In this document: positions 59,880 to 64,000 of the stretch, one piece after another | How positions within the stretch are numbered: position 1 is the stretch's first letter | How the letters are laid out: every line of letters starts with the position of its first letter | NCBI GenBank assembly: GCA_004431415.1 | Contig: QPMI01000434.1 | Coordinates: 1 to 64,000, forward strand | Source: Cyanophora paradoxa CCMP329 | Taxonomy: Eukaryota; Plantae; Glaucophyta | Direction: 5' to 3' | Length of the DNA stretch: 64,000 bases | Program-made: the position numbers and the translations under genes | The notes under the pieces: model-generated | Database searches by the model: none | The model's input: the letters and a program-made list of their open reading frames with translations, nothing else | What the model was told of the DNA's origin: nothing

Positions 59880-60285
59880 ACCTCGACGTACGTCCGTTCC
59901 CGTCGGACGGGGTGCGGAATGTCGGGATCGGGAGCAACGTTTCAGCAGAAAGACGAGGAAACATCAAGAGCGCCCATCCGCCAGGGCGCAGGTGACGAGT
60001 CCTGTATACCCCTGAAGCAAACTTGCAAAAGCCAACCAGCTGCAGCTGCAGCCACACTCGTGCACGCACAGCATTCGCAGCATTCGACCAATTTCGACGC
60101 ACGGACGGGGTACGGCGGTTAGAGCCTCTGAGCCTCCAGATAGCTGCAGAAGGCCCGACACGCGCTTCCGAGCCTCCAGACTGACAGCGCAGCCGTCCCT
60201 TAACAGGCCCGAGGTGGCTTGACCGCAGCCAGCGGGCTCCGGGGCGTCGGGCGCCGCTCGCCGACCGCGCCATTGCGGCGGCGCG

Positions 60286-61759
60286 ATGAAGTTCCTTGGC
60301 GGTCTGCTGCTGGGTGGACTCATCGGACACACACTCAGGCACCGCCATCACAGGTTCGTTTTGCTGCAGGGCCGCGGGGCCGCGGGGCTGATGAGAGCGC
60401 TTCTCGACGCAGGCATCATCATCATCATCATCATCACCACCACGCGGTCCGAGCGCGCCCCTCTGACACGACAGCTCCGAACGCGCTGACGCCGCCCCAG
60501 CCGCCGGCGACCTCGACCGTAGTGATTACTTCGCCGGCCGCAGCCCCCGCAGCCCCCGCAGCCACAGCAACCGCCACGCCCGCTCCTGCTGCAGCGCCGG
60601 CGCCGGCCCCCGCAGCCGCTGCCCAGGCGGCGGCCCCCGCGGCGCCCGCAGTTGCCAAAGCGGCGGCCTCCGCCCCGGATGCGGCGCCGAAGCCGGTGCC
60701 CGTCGTCGTTGGGAAGGCGATGCCGCCGCACAGCGGCACGCACTGCCCGACTCTCCAGGTGCCACCGGACCCGCCCGGCCGCCCTAGGCCCAGGCCCCCT
60801 GAGCTGCTTCTGAAGCCGGCGCCTCGCAGCTGGTCGCGTGCAAGGACGGCTTCACGTTCGTGCCCCGGGGCGAGGACAACATCCGCTCCACCTGCAAGGG
60901 CCACGGCAAGGTCCACCCGGGCGCCCAGAAGGTGCGGGCCCGAACCCGGGGCCCGGCCGCGCTGACTGGGCGGGCCTCAGCTGAAGTGCCTGGACGGGAC
61001 CGAGGTCCGCCCGCAGTCGCTGAGGAAGATCCTCCTGGGGAGCAAGCACGGCTGCAAGGCCCACGGGGGCTACGACGAGAAGCTGCCCGCCAAGCCCGGC
61101 GCGGCGGCCCCCGCCGGGCAGCCGGCGGCGTGCCCCACGCACCAGGTCGTCAAGTGCGACGACGGCTTCCAGGTAGCAGCCCCGCCTGGCGGCCGTGCCC
61201 GCGCGCGCTCCGCCGAGGCGCCGGGGGTCAGGTGCTGCCGCGGGGCAGCGACGACCTCAAGGCCGCCTGCCGGAAGCACGGCGGCCTCCTCACCTCGGAC
61301 CAGAAGGCGCGCGCAGAGAGAGCCCGCGCCCCGCGCCGCTGAGCTTAGCTCGCCGCAGGTGAAGTGCAATGATGGGACGGAGGTGACGATCAAGCCCGGA
61401 GTGAAGACCGTCGAATCCCTGTGCGGGGCCAAGGGCTTCAGCCAGTCCATCATCCTCCAGGTGCGCCCGCGCCGGCTCACGGCCGGACCGCGCGCCGCGT
61501 CCTGGTGACCGTGGCTTGGCGGCAGGCGCCGGCGGCTGCGGCGAAGGAGCTGGACGCGGTGCCGTACACGTATTCGGCGTGGGAGGCGCTCGAGGGTTCC
61601 GACATCTCCGCGGGCGACGAGGGCGCCTCAGCCGACGGCGAGGCGGGGGACGGCTCGCCTTGCGCCGACCTCGACATCGGCGCTGCTGCGGTGGATCTGG
61701 AGGCGCCGGGCTTGGAACTCTCCGCGCTAGCCTACCCCCTCGTGGAGCACCTCCTCTAG
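60286..61759 (+). CDS. His-rich, Pro/Ala-rich protein with four CxDG...CxxHG-type repeats; start uncertain
   Basis: MKFLGGLLLGGLIG, His10 tract at 60414-60443, repeats CKDG..CKGHG, CLDG..CKAHGG, CDDG..CRKHGG and CNDG..CGAKG after splicing. Confidence 0.7.
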
Positions 61760-61965
61760 TTGTAAATATTGTACTTTAGTGAAGTAATTGCGAACTGCGA
61801 TCGTAGTCTGCGCGGCGCGCAGCCCGCGCGCCAGCGCTAGCGCGCGCAGGCAATTCTCGCAGCGCTCCAAGTCGCGCTCATTCCCCCAGGGGGGTACAGA
61901 CCTTTGAGCCAACTCGCTTTGTTTAGCTTCGCTTCACAGTCGGAGTGCCGCACAGCCTCGCCGAG

Positions 61966-63748
61966 ATGGGCGGGGTCTGCAGCAGCGGCAGCAAGTACGA
62001 GTCACCTACGCCAGCGCCAGCTGCGCCACAGCCAAAACCGGCCCAGCCACCGCCGCCGGCGCCGCCCGCCGCCCAGCCTGAGCCGCCGAAGCCATCCCCG
62101 CCTCCAGCAGCTCCACAGCAGCAGCAGAATGCTGCTCCAGAGAACGGCCACGTCAAGTTCGACCCGACAAAAGAGAAAGCGGCTGTAGCAAACGGGCATG
62201 ACACAGACAAGAGGCCAAACAGCCGCGGCTTGTCAGACAAGAAGACTTCTATGGCAACTCACCCTCGGTTCGCGGATATGAAGGACGATGAGAAGAAGGA
62301 CGCACGGGCGGAATCGGGGACGCCCGTCCTGCACGCCGGGTCCATCTTCCGAAAGAGCAGCAAGAGCGAGTCTTTCAACAAGAACACCCCCACAGATGGC
62401 AAAAGCAACGTACGCGCCTTGACTTGGTCTCCCTGGGATCCCCCGCACTTCGGACTGATCGGAGCATGCCGTCCCTCAGATCAACCCAGATCAGTACGAG
62501 ACAATAGAGGATGTGCAGAAAGCACTCAAAGAAGCTGGTCTTCACGACAGGTGCCTGGCGCCCCCGCGTCCCCCCGGTTTCATCCACACTAGCTAACGCC
62601 GCCCGTGCGCTCCCGCTTTGCAGCGCTCTTATTGTCGGTGTAGATTTTACTAAGAGTAACGAGGGTGAGTCCGTCCCTCGCTGAATCGGTCGGGGCAAAG
62701 GAGTCGGTCTGAGCGCCAACCTCGCGCAGAGAATGGCATGTACTCGCACGACGGGGACTCGCTTCATAAGATATACGAGGACGGGCGGTTGAACCCGTAC
62801 CAGGAGGTGATCAGCACCATCGGGCGGACTCTAGCGTCTTTTGATGATGGTGCGGTCACCACGCCGCAGCGCTGCCCGCTCCTTTGCTGAATGTGCGTTC
62901 TTTTGTCGCGGCAGACGGTCTGATCCCAACGTACGGGTTCGGAGACGCGTTGGTAAAGGACCGCGAGTGCTTCTCCTTAGCTGAGCGGCTCGAGGGGACG
63001 GACCGGCCCTGCAAAGGCTTCGAGGAAGTCCTGGTCCGCCCCGCCGGGCGCCGCTCTGCGAAGGCGCGCGCCGCTCGCTCACGCGCGCGCGAGCAGGAGA
63101 TCTACAAGAAGATCCTGGACCTGGTCGAGCTCGACGGTGCGCTGGGCCGGCGCCGGAGCCGCGCTTGCGCTGCTCGGCGGGGCTGACGAGGGGCGGGGCG
63201 GGTAGGGCCGACGTCCTACACGCCGATCATATCGAAGGCGATCGAGATCGTGCAGCGGACGAAGCAGTACCACATCCTCCTCATCATCACTGACGGTGCG
63301 GCGGGCGGGCGGCGGGGCGGGCGGGCGGCGGGCGGGGCCGGGGTCCGAGCCTCGCGTGCGCGGCAGGGGTGACGCTGACGGAGGAGCTGGACCGGCGGGC
63401 GATCCGGGAGGCGAGCAACTACCCGCTCTCGATCGTGATCGTGGGGGTCGGGGACGGCCCCTGGGGCCAGGTCAAGATCCTTGACGACCTCGAGGGCCGC
63501 AAGTTCGACAACGTCCAGTTCGTCGTGAGCGCCGGCCCCGGCAGTCGAACCCGCGCGCCCCTCACGCCGGCGGCGGCGCGCCCCAGAACTACGAGAAGAT
63601 CCGGAAGAAGCACGCGGGGCAGGACTCCAAGTTCGCGGCGACGGCGCTGCAGGAGATCCCGCCTCAGTACCGCGCCATCCAGTCCCTGGGCCTCCTCGAG
63701 GCGAACGCAGCCGCCCCGGCCCCCCCCCACGCCGCCCCGGCATCCTGA
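61966..63748 (+). CDS. RGLG-type copine (vWA) protein with predicted N-myristoylation and no RING or C2 domain
   Basis: [103 protein letters not shown]; TGA at 63746. Confidence 0.92.
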
Positions 63749-64000
63749 GCCCCATCCGCCCCTCCCGCCTCCGCTCCCTCCGCCCTCCGCGCCCCGCCCC
63801 TCCTCCTGCCCCGCGGCGATCTCATTCCCCAGCCGCCGCTGGGCCTAGCCTTGCCGCCCCTCAGGGCGGCGATACCTCAGTCTTTAGCCTCCGATCCTCT
63901 GTAAATCTTATGCTTTGCATTCACACGCGTGGTTTTTGTATGTTTCTGTATGCCGACAATCAGTTCTATACTAAGTCTACGGTTCGCTGGCGGTGGCGCG

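Noticed and set aside
1-64000. Hundreds of long overlapping or antisense ORFs rich in R/P/G/A
   Set aside because: Expected from stop-codon scarcity at this GC content; the recognisable proteins emerge only by splicing across frames.

Overview
Very GC-rich, gene-dense, intron-rich eukaryotic nuclear DNA carrying about 21 spliced genes. Most long ORFs in the supplied track are GC artefacts; I rebuilt the gene models by hand by splicing out short introns (mostly ~50-120 nt), so exon coordinates are approximate where no conserved protein anchors them. Recognisable genes: VPS13 (3' part), a DUF4062-NACHT ATPase, RIC1, an F-box/ankyrin protein, RPN3, a fused TrpA-TrpB tryptophan synthase, a MAP2K, an M32 carboxypeptidase, LCMT1/PPM1, a dynein-light-chain-type thioredoxin, a WD40 protein, an F-box/LRR protein and an RGLG-type copine, plus several unknown proteins. 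The gene content suggests a flagellate protist or alga, possibly a glaucophyte such as Cyanophora (inference only). Most notable: (1) a head-to-head pair of unknown genes (40.6-45.2 kb minus, 45.3-49.8 kb plus) sharing a ~130-aa domain I do not recognise, visible only after splicing; (2) frequent GC-AG introns with G[T/C]SCGC-type donors and usually no polypyrimidine tract; (3) pervasive divergent gene pairs with very short gaps. I found no rRNA, tRNA, CRISPR array or autonomous transposon.
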